Source: Eledone cirrhosa (lineage: Eukaryota). Taken from it: a stretch of 64,000 bases of DNA. A program made the translations under genes and the position numbers. This document shows positions 12,447 through 25,700 of this stretch, piece after piece; the first letter of the stretch is position 1, and every line of letters begins with the position of its first letter. The stretch lies in NCBI GenBank assembly GCA_964016885.1, contig OZ024740.1, positions 11,842,001 to 11,906,000 on the forward strand, read 5' to 3'. The notes beneath the pieces are model-generated. The model ran no database searches and was not told where the DNA came from. It saw only the letters and a list, made by a program, of their open reading frames with translations.

Positions 12447-12576
12447 ATTGTATTGGAAGTATCTTGGGAGATGGCACTAACATCATAAGCTTGGAAACTT
12501 TTCTTGGTGACATTACTAATTGGTACGTTAGCTAGAGGCTGCTGATTATATCTTCTCTCAATGCCGGGAACACCAT
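12447..12576 (-). CDS. CAMSAP: Patronin/CAMSAP coding exon H
   Basis: TTTTAG/GTATGT ends, 130 nt, phase 1-2; contains PISNVTKKSF, similar to CAMSAP ISN.TK.SF. Confidence 0.85.
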
Positions 12577-12740
12577 CTAAAATGAAACAAATAACGTTAA
12601 GCAGTTTTTCCCCAAAGTGTTGTAAACATATTTGAAAAAATATATATACTTGAAATAAAGGGAAAAATGACTTCACTGGTTGATGCTCTTTAATAGTTCA
12701 AATCTCTACAATAAGTTGTTATTAATAACGACTTATTGGA

Positions 12741-13963
12741 AATGGTAGAACTAGAGAAGAAATTCCAAACTTGGAAGCAGGGACTAGAAAGAAAGTGTCT
12801 CAAAGTTAACATGACAAAGACTAAGGTCCTTGTAAGTAGACGAGAAAACAGAACCCAGATCCCCTCAGGGAAATGGCCTTGCTCAGTATGTAGGAAAGAA
12901 CTCCATTCTCTGCCCCAAATGCAAACAATGGGTACACAAGAGATGTAGCGGGATCTCAGGAAGCTTAATTAAGAATGTAGGCTTCACATGCAGCAGCTGT
13001 GCTGGGACAGCAAGCAGCAAACAGCCACAGGAAACAAGTACCACCAATCTCTGGGAGGGCTCTGTAGAAACAGTAGACAGCTTCTGCTACCTAGGTGACC
13101 GAATTAGCAGCGGAGGTGAGTGTTCAGAAAGTACAATAACTAGGGTAAGAACGGGATGGAAGAAGTTCAGGGAACTACTGCCACTGCTAGCTGCAAAAGG
13201 CTTCTCTCTCAGAATGAAAGGCAGACTGTATGATACGTGTATCCGAACAGCGATGTTGCATGGTAGTGAGACCTGGGCGCTGAAGGTGGAAGACTTACGT
13301 AGATTAGAGAGAAACGAAGCCTGCATGCTCCGATGGATGTGTAATAGTAATATACGCGAACGACAAAGCATAAATGAATTGAGAGAGAGACTGAGCATAA
13401 GAGGAATCAAATGCTGTGTGCAGGAGAGGCGGTTGCGTTGGTATGGACATGTGATGCGTATGAAGGATGACAGCTGCATAAAAAGGTGCAGAGCACTAGA
13501 AGTTGATGGAAACCGTGGAGTGGGGAGACCCAAGATGACCTGGGATGAGGTGATAAAAGCCGACCTTACCCAATTACACCTCTCAAAGGCGATGACACAC
13601 GACCGTGACCTCTGGTGTCACGCAGTAATACAGAGTACCCGACCTCCGATGGGTACAAGCTGAAGCATATAGACAATATGCCCTCACACCCCCCACTGCA
13701 AGGTGGTCGTGGAGGTGCCACAGCTAAAAAGCACCTAGCCCACACTGTAAAGTGGACGTGTAGGCGCCACAGCAAAAAAGCACCCAGCACTCACTGTAAA
13801 TGAGGTTGGTGTTAGGAAGGGCATCCAGCTGTAGAAATCAAGCCAAATCAGTTCCTGTATGAGCAAGGCATGGTCAGCCGACCAGACACTGCCCACAACA
13901 GGACAACCTGTCTAACCCATGCTAGCGTGGAAGAACGGACGTAAAACGGTGATGATGATGATG
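12741..13963 (+). mobile_element. RTE-clade LINE, family A copy 2, 5'-truncated
   Basis: Near-identical to copies 1, 3 and 5; includes the Cys-rich insert with a small frameshifting deletion near 12897; (GAT)n tail. Confidence 0.92.
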
Positions 13964-14068
13964 TAAAGGTGTGCGTGTGCGTGTGTGTGTTAAGTATTTC
14001 CAAAGAAGAAGCAAAGGACAAAAGAGTGCTCTATATATATAGAACAGATCTATTTAATTAAACAGTGG

Positions 14069-14230
14069 ACAACACAATATATAACTAATCCATTACCAAA
14101 GGTTTCAGGACCCTAGGCAATAATAACATACGTCTAGTTAGTTCATCAGATAATGAACGATCCAGACATATGTTAATATTGTCTAGGGTCCTGAAACCTT
14201 TGGTAATGGATTAGTTATATATTGTGTTGT
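14069..14230. repeat. Foldback with ~52-bp arms containing a degenerate hammerhead core
   Basis: acaacacaatatataactaatccattaccaaaggtttcaggaccctagg is inverted at 14182..14230. Confidence 0.9.
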
Positions 14231-14301
14231 TTACTTTCTAATTATATATTTATATATAGTTCAAAGAGACAACAAACAGAGCTACATATACCCACACTTA
14301 C

Positions 14302-14538
14302 TTATATTTTCTGTTTGCAGATTTGTCGAAGTGCTGGATGAAGGGTTTTCAAATTTATTAAATAATTCAGCTAAATAGAGGTATATGTTGGTGGTAATTA
14401 ACTCATTACTGTAGAGCAGGTCTTCATAATCAAAATGAAAGCATCTTGGTGAAGTCATGTGACGGTCACTGAAGTTTTTTATCAACCGCAAATTGAAAAG
14501 GCAATCAGCAATACTTAGGGACTTCTTTATTACAATAT
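14302..14538 (-). CDS. CAMSAP: Patronin/CAMSAP coding exon G (end of CH domain)
   Basis: TTTCAG/GTAAGT ends, 237 nt, phase 1-1; IVIKKSLSIADCLFNLRLIKNFS...CFHFDYEDLLYS...YLAELFNKFE is typical CAMSAP sequence. Confidence 0.95.
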
Positions 14539-14765
14539 CTGAAAAATAAATTAAATATAGGAAAAAATAATAAAAACCAGCTTTAAGAAGAACAACAGAA
14601 TATCCATAGTTAAAAATAAAATACGTGTTGGTGTCAGAAAGGTCGCCCAACTGTAGAAAAACTGCCTCAAAAATGTTTCACCTGACCCATGCTAGCAATG
14701 AAAAAGAAACATAAAAACGCTGATGCTGACAATGTACCTAGTGCTACACTGTCAAATGTCCTTTT

Positions 14766-14981
14766 TTAACCCTTTACCATTTACATTACTCTGTATTTTG
14801 CTATTATATTTTCACGGTAAAGGCTTTACCTCATAATTATCTGACAAAATATTGAATCTGAAGTTTTGATATTTATTTTGAGAACAATACCACAACATGA
14901 GTGGCCTGTTACAGCTGGTTTGAACAGACAGGTGAGAAGAATTCTGGCCGGATACAGCCGGTTTAAATGCTAAAGGGTTAA
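14766..14981. mobile_element. TTAA MITE family 1
   Basis: ttaaccctttaccattta...taaatgctaaagggttaa; inverted relative to 502..719. Confidence 0.7.
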
Positions 14982-15546
14982 TGACAGTAGGGTGTCATAC
15001 CAGTCTAGTATTGGGGTCGATTCTTCCTCTATATCTCTTTTTCAAATCCATTCTCTCACTCACTATCCTTCTCTAGAAGAAATCTGCTTCTTCTAGCAAA
15101 TATATTACTTGCCAAACATCCAGCCTTGACCACCCTTCTGCGACAGCTATACTATGTGATAATTCTCCGTCCCAAACATTTTTTAATGGTAGCAGTCAGT
15201 TCAGGAATTTATCCTTTCATTGAGGGGTCTCTTGAAAAGCTAATAACCTCACGGCCCCAGTGCACTTTAGTTACATACCAGTCGGTGAAACTGTACAGTC
15301 AGGACTTTGAAGAAAAAGCTAGGTATATTTTGTCTATTTTCTCTTCACATTTATAATTGTTATATATATATATATCGTTTAACGTCTATTTCTATTTTCC
15401 ATGCTAGCATGGGTTAGACAGGAACTGTCCCACTTAAGGCAAGCTTGATCGGGTGACTGTGTCTCGCTTGTATAGGACTGTATCTGGCAGTTTTTCTACA
15501 GCTGGACGCCCTTCCTAACACCAACCACATATATATATTACATATT

Positions 15547-16543
15547 AAGCTTAATTAAGAATGTAGGCTTCACATGCAGCAGCTGTGCTGGGACAGCAAG
15601 CAGCAAACAGCCACAGAAAACAAGTACCACCAATCTCTGGGAGGGCTCTGTAGAAACAGTAGACAGCTTCTGCTACCTAGGTGACCGAATTAGCAGCGGA
15701 GGTGAGTGTTCAGAAAGTACAATAACTAGGGTAAGAACGGGATGGAAGAAGTTCAGGGAACTACTGCCACTGCTAGCTGCAAAAGGCTTCTCCCTCAGAA
15801 TGAAAGGCAGACTGTATGATACGTGTATCCGAACAGCGATGTTGCATGGTAGTGAGACCTGGGCGCTGAAGGTGGAAGACTTACGTAGATTAGAGAGAAA
15901 CGAAGCCTGCATGCTCCGATGGATGTGTAACAGTAATATACGTGAACGACAAAGCATAAATGAATTGAGAGAGAGACTGAGCATAAGAGGAATCAAATGC
16001 TGTGTGCAGGAGAGGCGGTTGTGCTGGTATGGACATGTGATGCGTATGAAGGATGACAGCTGCATAAAAAGGTGCAGAGCACTAGAAGTCAATGGAAACC
16101 GCGGAGTGGGGAGACCCAAGATGACCTGGGATGAGGTGATAAAAGCCAACCTTACACAATTACACCTCTCAAAGGCAATGTCACACGACCGTGACCTCTG
16201 GCATCACGCAGTAATACAGAGTACCCGACCTCCCATGGGTACAAGCTGAAGCATATAGACAATATGCCCCCACACCCCCCACTGCAAGGTGGTCGTGGAG
16301 GTGCCACGGCAAAAAAGCACCCAGCCCACACTGTAAAGTGGACATGTAGGCGCCACGGAAAAAGCACCCAGCACTCACTGTAAATGAGGTTGGTGTTAGG
16401 AAGGGCATCCAGCTGTAGAAATCAAGCCAAATCAGTTCCTGTATGAGCAAGGCATGGTCATCCGACCAGACACTGCCCACAACAGGACAACCCGTCTAAC
16501 CCATGCTAGCGTGGAAGAACGGACGTAAAACGGTGATGATGAT
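15547..16543 (+). mobile_element. RTE-clade LINE, family A copy 3, 5'-truncated
   Basis: Same RT C-terminus, 3' UTR and GAT tail; ends about 70 nt from the exon F donor. Confidence 0.92.
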
Positions 16544-16613
16544 TATATATATGTATGTATGTATGTGTGTATATGTTGCATCTAAGAAGTGTGTAAAAGA
16601 TATGTTTCTTTAC

Positions 16614-16719
16614 CTTGTAATCTCAAGCTATCTGAGCAGTAGAAACTTATTAACACAGCCAGGCTACATCCATCTCCAATGTTACTTAGTCCCTTTAACA
16701 CTGGTATCGTAGGATCACA
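16614..16719 (-). CDS. CAMSAP: Patronin/CAMSAP coding exon F (CH domain)
   Basis: TTACAG/GTAAAG ends, 106 nt, phase 0-1; CDPTIPVLKGLSNIGDGCSLAVLISFYCSDSLRLQ has the DG..LA.LI.FYC motif. Confidence 0.93.
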
Positions 16720-16969
16720 CTGTAAAGAGAAGATTATATGTCACAAATTGTTTTAAACCTTCAACGTCAATAACTAAAATCCTACTAAATACTAATTCAC
16801 AATAAAAGATATGCCATTCTCTTAACATCATTAATTTACCAATTCTTCCACAGTAAATGACAACCTTTTGTTAGAGAAATTGTTAACTGATTAATACTCG
16901 TTAACTGGATTCATTAAATACTTATTTTTTTATATTTAGTATTTTGTAAATTATAATTTAACACCTTTT

Positions 16970-17230
16970 GTTCGCCCACTTATTCCTGAGAGGGTTGTAG
17001 GTGCAAAGTCCTCAAACACTCCTCCCAGCGGGTCCTGACAGAAACAACCATCTCCAACTGATCCGGCTGGATCCCTAAGTGTGACCATCCAAGCTCATGG
17101 ATGTTATCCAATCATCTTGCTCAGCGTCTACCCCTGGGTCTCCTGCCAGTTGATTTTGCCAGTAAAATCTGTCCAGCAATTCTTTCCCGAGACTTTCTAA
17201 CCACATGTCCAGAGTATCAGAGCTGTGAAA
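16970..17230 (-). mobile_element. RTE family B 3' fragment
   Basis: Aligns by eye with 18435..18690. Confidence 0.75.
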
Positions 17231-17792
17231 CAGCCACATAAAATATATTTAGAGTGGTAGATCTGTCACAAAGTTTAACACTACCATCTGGTCTTTAGCT
17301 ACTTTTACAGCAAACCCTACTCCACTGCAAGCATTTAGTGCAGGTTTCTAGTCTGGGGATAATGTCCAGATGTGCTGCTTTTCTACTGGAACAATACCCG
17401 AGTGATGGTTCATCCCTCCCTTTTCGCCACCCCAGATGGCCTGGAATGTATTTTTTAAAAAAAGAAGTAAAATCTGCTTAAATAAAACACATTTTCTTAT
17501 ATTTCTTCCTGAAATCTGAAAGGTTATTTTACACTTTATATATAGCTTCTCTGATGAAGCTTAATGAATACATGCTTTGCTGAAACATTGTGACCCTGTT
17601 GTAGAAATGTTTTTTTTTAAACTTTGAGGAGGAAAATAGCACAGATAAGTACTGTTTTAATCACTAACAACCCATCCAACCTATGCTAGTATGGAATAAC
17701 CAGCGTATGAAGATGATGATGATGGCATGTGATCAACACCATTTCAAGACAATCTGAACAGGATGATGGGTGTAAAAAAGTGAACTACTTAC

Positions 17793-17946
17793 AAACTTCT
17801 GACCAGAAACAGCAACATCCAGTTGGTTTTCACTTTCCTTATGTAATAAATGTTGAACATAAAGGCAGACTTGATTCACCCACAACAATAATGCATCTTC
17901 TGTAGTACTCAATACGTGTTGCGAGACATCTAAGTTAGTAAAGCTA
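17793..17946 (-). CDS. CAMSAP: Patronin/CAMSAP coding exon E (start of CH domain)
   Basis: TTTCAG/GTAAGT ends, 154 nt, phase 2-0; SFTNLDVSQHVLSTTEDALLLWVNQVC has the CH-domain EDA...W.N motif. Confidence 0.92.
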
Positions 17947-18426
17947 CTGAAATAGGAAAAGAGAAGGAGAGATATGTGAACAAGACATTGTGAGGGGGTC
18001 AACATCAAATATAATAAATAAAATACTAACTGGAGAGAAATGACAATGTTATGGTTCGCTGGACATGTGGTGTAAAAATCTCAGACAGAATCCACATGGC
18101 ATCTCTCTACCAAAAGTTAAAGATACCAGCACGTGACTCTGTTTTAAGATCACACAGACTGCATTGGTTAGCACATGTGAACTGTAGTAGTGGGTGGATA
18201 CATTGATGTACCAGATTGTGGCCCCTGGGGAAAGGGTGGCCATGTAAGACCTGGGAAGAAGTAATCAGGGATGGCCTGGAACCTGGACCAAAACCTATGC
18301 CTGAAACGAACACTCTGGAAGGAAGAGGAGGCAGAAGAAGAAAGAAAAAGAAGGATTGGTATTGAAAAAATTAAGCAGCAATGGATGAGAAAAAAGTTTA
18401 TTTGGTGTCCACCAGTTATTGATTCA

Positions 18427-19140
18427 GTCTTCTTTGCCCACTTATTCCTGAGAGGGTTGTAGGGGCAGAGTCCTCAAACACTCCTTCCAGTGGGTCCTTT
18501 CAGAAGCAACCGTCTCCAACCAATCCAACTGGATCACCAAGCGAGACCAGCCAAACTCATGGATGTTATCCAACCATCTTGCTCGGGGTCTACCCCTGGG
18601 TCTCCTGCCGGCTGGTTTTGCCTGTAAAATCTGTCCAGCAATTCTTTCCTGAAACATTCTAACCACATGTCCATAATATCAGAGCTGTGATCCCTCAATT
18701 TGGAGAAGTAGCAGTTCTATCTGGAGTGACTCTCTGATCTCCGAGCTACGTACTTTATCAAGTAACGTTACTCCATTTCGGCTGCTTGTATTTGCGATCG
18801 CATTCTTTCAGTCATTACCCAAGATTCATGACCATAAGGGTTGGCACGAAAACCAAATTGGAGAGTGAGTTTGGCTTTTACGTCTACCTCCCTTCTGAAT
18901 GAAGCTGGTGCATTACTGCACCAGCTTTTGCAATTCTTGCACTTAATTCAGCCTACTGCCCTTCATCACTCATGAACACGGCCCCAAGATACTTGAACTT
19001 CTCTACCTGCTTCAGTGGAACTGCATTTATATGCAGATTGTACTGCGCAGGTTTCATTGAGAGGACAAGTGTCTCAGTTTATGCAGCACCGATTTTCATT
19101 ACATCCATGCAGCACTCAGCATCAAACCTATCAACTGCTA
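18427..19140 (-). mobile_element. RTE-clade LINE family B, degenerate 3' part
   Basis: Decayed RT C-terminus (QVEKFKYLG...YGHESW...GRRPRGRPRARWLD); no Cys-rich insert. Confidence 0.8.
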
Positions 19141-19171
19141 TCAGTCTAATTCATGTAATTCCATAACTTAC

Positions 19172-19257
19172 CAAAGACTGTGTATGACATAATCTATTGA
19201 CACCAACTGGTTAATGTAAACTTTCATCAACACATCCAATAAACTTAAGTGGGCTTT
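19172..19257 (-). CDS. CAMSAP: Patronin/CAMSAP coding exon D
   Basis: TTTCAG/GTAAGT ends, 86 nt, phase 0-2; KAHLSLLDVLMKVYINQLVSIDYVIHSL matches the CAMSAP AH...D.LM motif. Confidence 0.92.
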
Positions 19258-19737
19258 CTGAAAATTAAAAAATAAATTAATAAATAAAAATACAAAGAAA
19301 TACACGTTGTATATATTCTTGGTATTAACTTTTAATATCCTGCAATGATTTAGAGAAAAATGTCTCAATCAAGTTTATTTAAATTTATATAGAGATGCTG
19401 TACTGAGAAAGACCTGTCCAACCCATGGAAGTGTGGGATAATGGGCGTAAAATGATGATATCTTTACAAGTGGATAGATCATTATTAAATTTTGCAGTAT
19501 TAGAATATAGACAAATTTTTTATAAGATGTAAAAATAGTTTTGTACTTTTCAAGAATGTCTTTCTGATTTTCTTCTATGCAGTACAGGCCATTAAGAGTT
19601 AAAAGTCAGATACATATACACACACTGTAGATATTACAAGCATTTTAAGGTCATTTTCCCCAATAAAGCAAGGGTTTGCTATGCATGGCCCTATCACATG
19701 GCGTTCCTTTTTAAAGCAATATTTTACAGTGAAATGC

Positions 19738-22700
19738 ACACAAACATATATACAGTTTACCCATTCTAAACCAGACACATACATACAGTGTACCTATTCT
19801 AAATCAGACACACACATATATACAGTGTCCTATTCTAAACCAGACACGCATATATACAGTATACCCATTCTAAACCAGACACAAACATATATATAGTGTA
19901 CCCATTCTAAACCAGACACATATATACAGTATACCCATTCTAAACCAGACACAAACATATATATAGTGTACCCATTCTAAACCAGACACATATATATAGT
20001 ATACCCATTCTAAACCAGACACACTCATATATACAGTGTACCTATTCTAAACCAGACACATATATACAGTGTACCCATTCTAAACCAGACACACATATAT
20101 ACACAGTGTACCCATTCTAAACCAGACACACATATATACACAGTGTCCCCATTCTAAACCAGACACACATATATACAGTGTACCCATTCTAAACCAGACA
20201 CACATATACACAGTGTACCCATTCTAAACCAGACACATATACGCAGTGTACCCATTCTAAACCAGACACATATATACAGTGCACCCATTCTAAACCAGAC
20301 ACACACATATACAGTGTACCCATTCTAAACCAGACACACACATATACAGTGTACCCATTCTGAACCAGACACATATATACAGTATACCCATTCTAAACCA
20401 GACACACACATATATACAGTGTACCCATTCTAAACCAGACACATATATACAGTATACCCATTCTAAACCAGACACACACATATACACAGTGTACCCATTC
20501 TAAACCAGACACACATATATACAGTGTACCTATTCTAAACCAGACACACATATATATACAGTGTACCCATTCTAAACCAGACACATATATACACAGTGTA
20601 CCCATTCTAAACCAGACACATATATACACAGTGTACCCATTCTAAACCAGACACACATATATATACAGTGTACCTATTCTAAACCAGACACACACATATA
20701 TACAGTGTACCTATTCTAAACCAGACACACATATATACAGTATACCCATTCTAAACCAGACACACACATATATACAGTGTACCCATTCTAAACCAGACAC
20801 ACATATATACAGTGTACCCATTCTAAACCAGACACACATATATACACAGTGTACCCATTCTAAACCAGACACACATATATATAGTGTACCCATTCTAAAC
20901 CAGACACATATATATAGTATACCCATTCTAAACCAGACACACTCATATATACAGTGTACCTATTCTAAACCAGACACACACATATATACACAGTGTACCC
21001 ATTCTAAACCAGACACACATATATACACAGTGTACCCATTCTAAACCAGACACACACATATACAGTGTACCCATTCTAAACCAGACACACATATATACAG
21101 TGTACCCATTCTAAACCAGACACACATATACACATTGTACCCATTCTAAACCAGACACACATATATATACAGTATACCTATTCTAAACCAGACACACATA
21201 TATATAGTGTACCCATTCTAAACCAGACACACACATATATACAGTGTACCCATTCTAAACCAGACACACATATACACAGTGTAACCATTCTAAACCAGAC
21301 ACACATATACACAGTGTACCCATTCTAAACCAGACACACTCATATATACAGTGTACCCATTCTAAACCAGACACACATATACACAGTGTACCCATTCTAA
21401 ACCAGACACATATATACACAGTGTACCCATTCTAAACCAGACACACATATATACAGTGTACCCATTCTAAACCAGACACACACATATACAGTGTACCCAT
21501 TCTAAACCAGACACACATATATACAGTGTACCCATTCTAAACCAGACACACATATATACAGTGTACCCATTCTAAACCAGACACACATATATACGGTGTA
21601 CCCATTCTAAACCAGACACACACATATACAGTGTACACATTCTAAACCAGACACACATATATACAGTGTACCCATTCTAAACCAGACGCACATATATACA
21701 GTGTACGCATTCTAAACCAGACACACATATACAGTGTACCCATTCTAAACCAGACACATATATACACAGTGTACCCATTCTAAACCAGACACACACATAT
21801 ACAGTGTACCCATTCTAAACCAGACACACATATATACAGTGTACCCATTCTAAACCAGACACACATATATACAGTATACCCATTCTAAACCAGAAACATA
21901 TATAGAGTGTACCTATTCTAAACCAGACACACATATATACAGTGTACCTATTCTAAACCAGACACATATATACAGTGTACCCATTCTAAACCAGATACAT
22001 ATACACAGTGTACCCATTCTAAACCAGACACATATATACAGTGTACCCATTCTAAACCAGACACACATATATACAGTGTACCCATTCTAAACCAGACACA
22101 TATATACAGTGTACCCATTCTAAACCAGACACACATATATACAGTGTACCCATTCTAAACCAGACACACATATATACAGTGTACCCATTCTAAACCAGAC
22201 ACACACATATACAGTGTACCCATTCTAAACCAGACACACACATATACAGTGTACACATTCCAAACCAGACACACATATATACAGTGTACCCATTCTAAAC
22301 CAGACACACACATATATACAGTGTACCCATTCTAAACCAGACACACATATACACAGTGTAAGCATTCTAAACCAGACACACATATACACAGTGTACCCAT
22401 TCTAAACCAGACACACTCATATATACAGTGTACCCATTCTAAACCAGACACACATATACACAGTGTACCCATTCTAAACCAGACACATATATACACAGTG
22501 TACCCATTCTAAACCAGACACACACATATACAGTGTACCCATTCTAAACCAGACACACATATACACAGTGTACCCATTCTAAACCAGACAAATATATACA
22601 CAGTGTACCCATTCTAAACCACACACATATATACAGTGTACCCATTCTAAACCAAACACACACATTAATACAGTGTACCCATTCTAAACCAAACACACAC

Positions 22701-25700
22701 ATTAATACAGTGTACCCATTCTAAACCAGACACATACATATAGTATAGCCATTCTAAACCAGACACATATATACACAAGTACCCATTCTAAACCAGACAC
22801 ACACATATATACAGTGTACCCATTCTAAACTAAACACACACACATATACACAGCGTACCCATTCTAAACAGGACACATATATACAGTGTACCCATTCTAA
22901 ACCAAACACACACATTAATACAGTGTACCCATTCTAAACCAGACACACACATATACAGTGTACCCATTCTAAACCAGACACACACATTAATACAGTGTAC
23001 CCATTCTAAACCAGACAAAGATATACACAGTGTACCCATTCTAAACCAGACACATATATACACAAGTACCCATTCTAAACCAGACACACACATATATACA
23101 GTGTACCCATTCTAAACCAGACACATATATATAGTATACCCATTCTAAACCAGACACACTCATATATACAGTGTACCTATTCTAAACCAGACACATATAT
23201 ACAGTGTACCCATTCTAAACCAGACACACACATACATACACAGTGTACCCATTCTAAACCAGACACATATATACACAGTGTACCCATTCTAAACCAGACA
23301 CACATATATACAGTGTACCCATTCTAAACCAGACACACATATACACAGTGTACCCATTCTAAACCAGACACATATACGCAGTGTACCCATTCTAAACCAG
23401 ACACATATATACAGTGTACCCATTCTAAACCAGACACACATATATACAGTGTACCCATTCTGAAGCAGACACATATATACAGTATACCCATTCTAAACCA
23501 GACACACACATATATACAGTGTACCCATTCTAAACCAGACACATATATACAGTATACCCATTCTAAACCAGACACACACATATACACAGTGCACCTATTC
23601 TAAACCAGACACACATATATATAGTGTACCCATTCTAAACCAGACACACACATATATACAGTGTACCCATTCTAAACCAGACACACATATACACAGTGTA
23701 ACCATTCTAAACCAGACACACATATACACAGTGTACCCATTCTAAACCAGACACACTCATATATACAGTGTACCCATTCTAAACCAGACACACATATACA
23801 CAGTGTACCCATTCTAAACCAGACACATATATCCACAGTGTACCCATTCTAAACCAGACACACATATATACAGTGTACCCATTCTAAACCAGACACACAC
23901 ATATACAGTGTACCCATTCTAAACCAGACACACATATATACAGTGTACCCATTCTAAACCAGACACACATATATACAGTGTACCCATTCTAAACCAGACA
24001 CACACATATACAGTGTACCCATTCTAAACCAGACACACATATATACAGTGTACGCATTCTAAACCAGACACATATACACAGTGTACCCATTCTAAACCAG
24101 ACACACATATACACAGTGTACCCATTCTAAACCAGACACACTCATATAAACAGTGTACCCATTCTAAAACAGACACACATATACACAGTGTACCCATTCT
24201 AAACCAGACACATATATACACAGTGTACCCATTCTAAACCAGACACACACATATACAGTGTACCCATTCTAAACCAGACACACATATATACAGTGTACCC
24301 ATTCTAAACCAGACACACATATATACAGTATACCCATTCTAAACCAGAAACATATATAGAGTGTACCCATTCTAAACCAGACACACATATATACAGTGCA
24401 CCCATTCTAAACCAGACACACATATATACAGTGTACCTATTCTAAACCAGACACATATATACAGTGTACCCATTCTAAACCAGATACATATACACAGTGT
24501 ACCCATTCTAAACCAGACACATATATAGTGTACCCATTCTAAACCAGACACACATATATACAGTGTACCCATTCTAAACCAGACACATATATACAGTGTA
24601 CCCATTCTAAACCAGACACACATATATACAGTGTACCCATTCTAAACCAGACACACATATATACAGTGTACCCATTCTAAACCAGACACACACATATACA
24701 GTGTACCCATTCTAAACCAGACACACACATATACAGTGTACCCATTCTAAACCAGACACACACATATACAGTGTACACATTCTAAACCAGACACACATAT
24801 ATACAGTGTACCCATTCTAAACCAGACACACACATATATACAGTGTACCCATTCTAAACCAGACACACATATACACAGTGTAAGCATTCTAAACCAGACA
24901 CACATATACACAGTGTACCCATTCTAAACCAGACACACTCATATATACAGTGTACCCATTCTAAACCAGACACACATATACACAGTGTACCCATTCTAAA
25001 CCAGACACATATATACACAGTGTACCCATTCTAAACCAGACACACATATATACAGTGTACCCATTCTAAACCAGACACACACATATACAGTGTACCCATT
25101 CTAAACCAGACACACATATATACAGTGTACCCATTCTAAACCAGACACACATATATACGGTGTACCCATTCTAAACCAGACACACACATATACAGTGTAC
25201 ACATTCTAAACCAGACACACATATATACAGTGTACCCATTCTAAACCAGACGCACATATATACAGTGTACCCATTCTAAACCAGACACACATATATACAG
25301 TGTACCCATTCTAAACCAGACACACACATATACAGTGTACAAATTCTAAACCAGACACACATATATACAGTGTACCCATTCTAAACCAGACACACATATA
25401 TACAGTATACCCATTCTAAACCAGAAACATATATAGAGTGTACCTATTCTAAACCAGACACACATATATACAGTGTACCTATTCTAAACCAGACACATAT
25501 ATACAGTGTACCTATTCTAAACCAGACACACATATATACAGTGTACCTATTCTAAACCAGACACACATATATACAGTGTACCTATTCTAAACCAGACACA
25601 CATATATACAGTGTACCTATTCTAAACCAGACACATATATACAGTGTACCCATTCTAAACCAGACACACATATATACAGTGTACCCATTCTAAACCAGAC

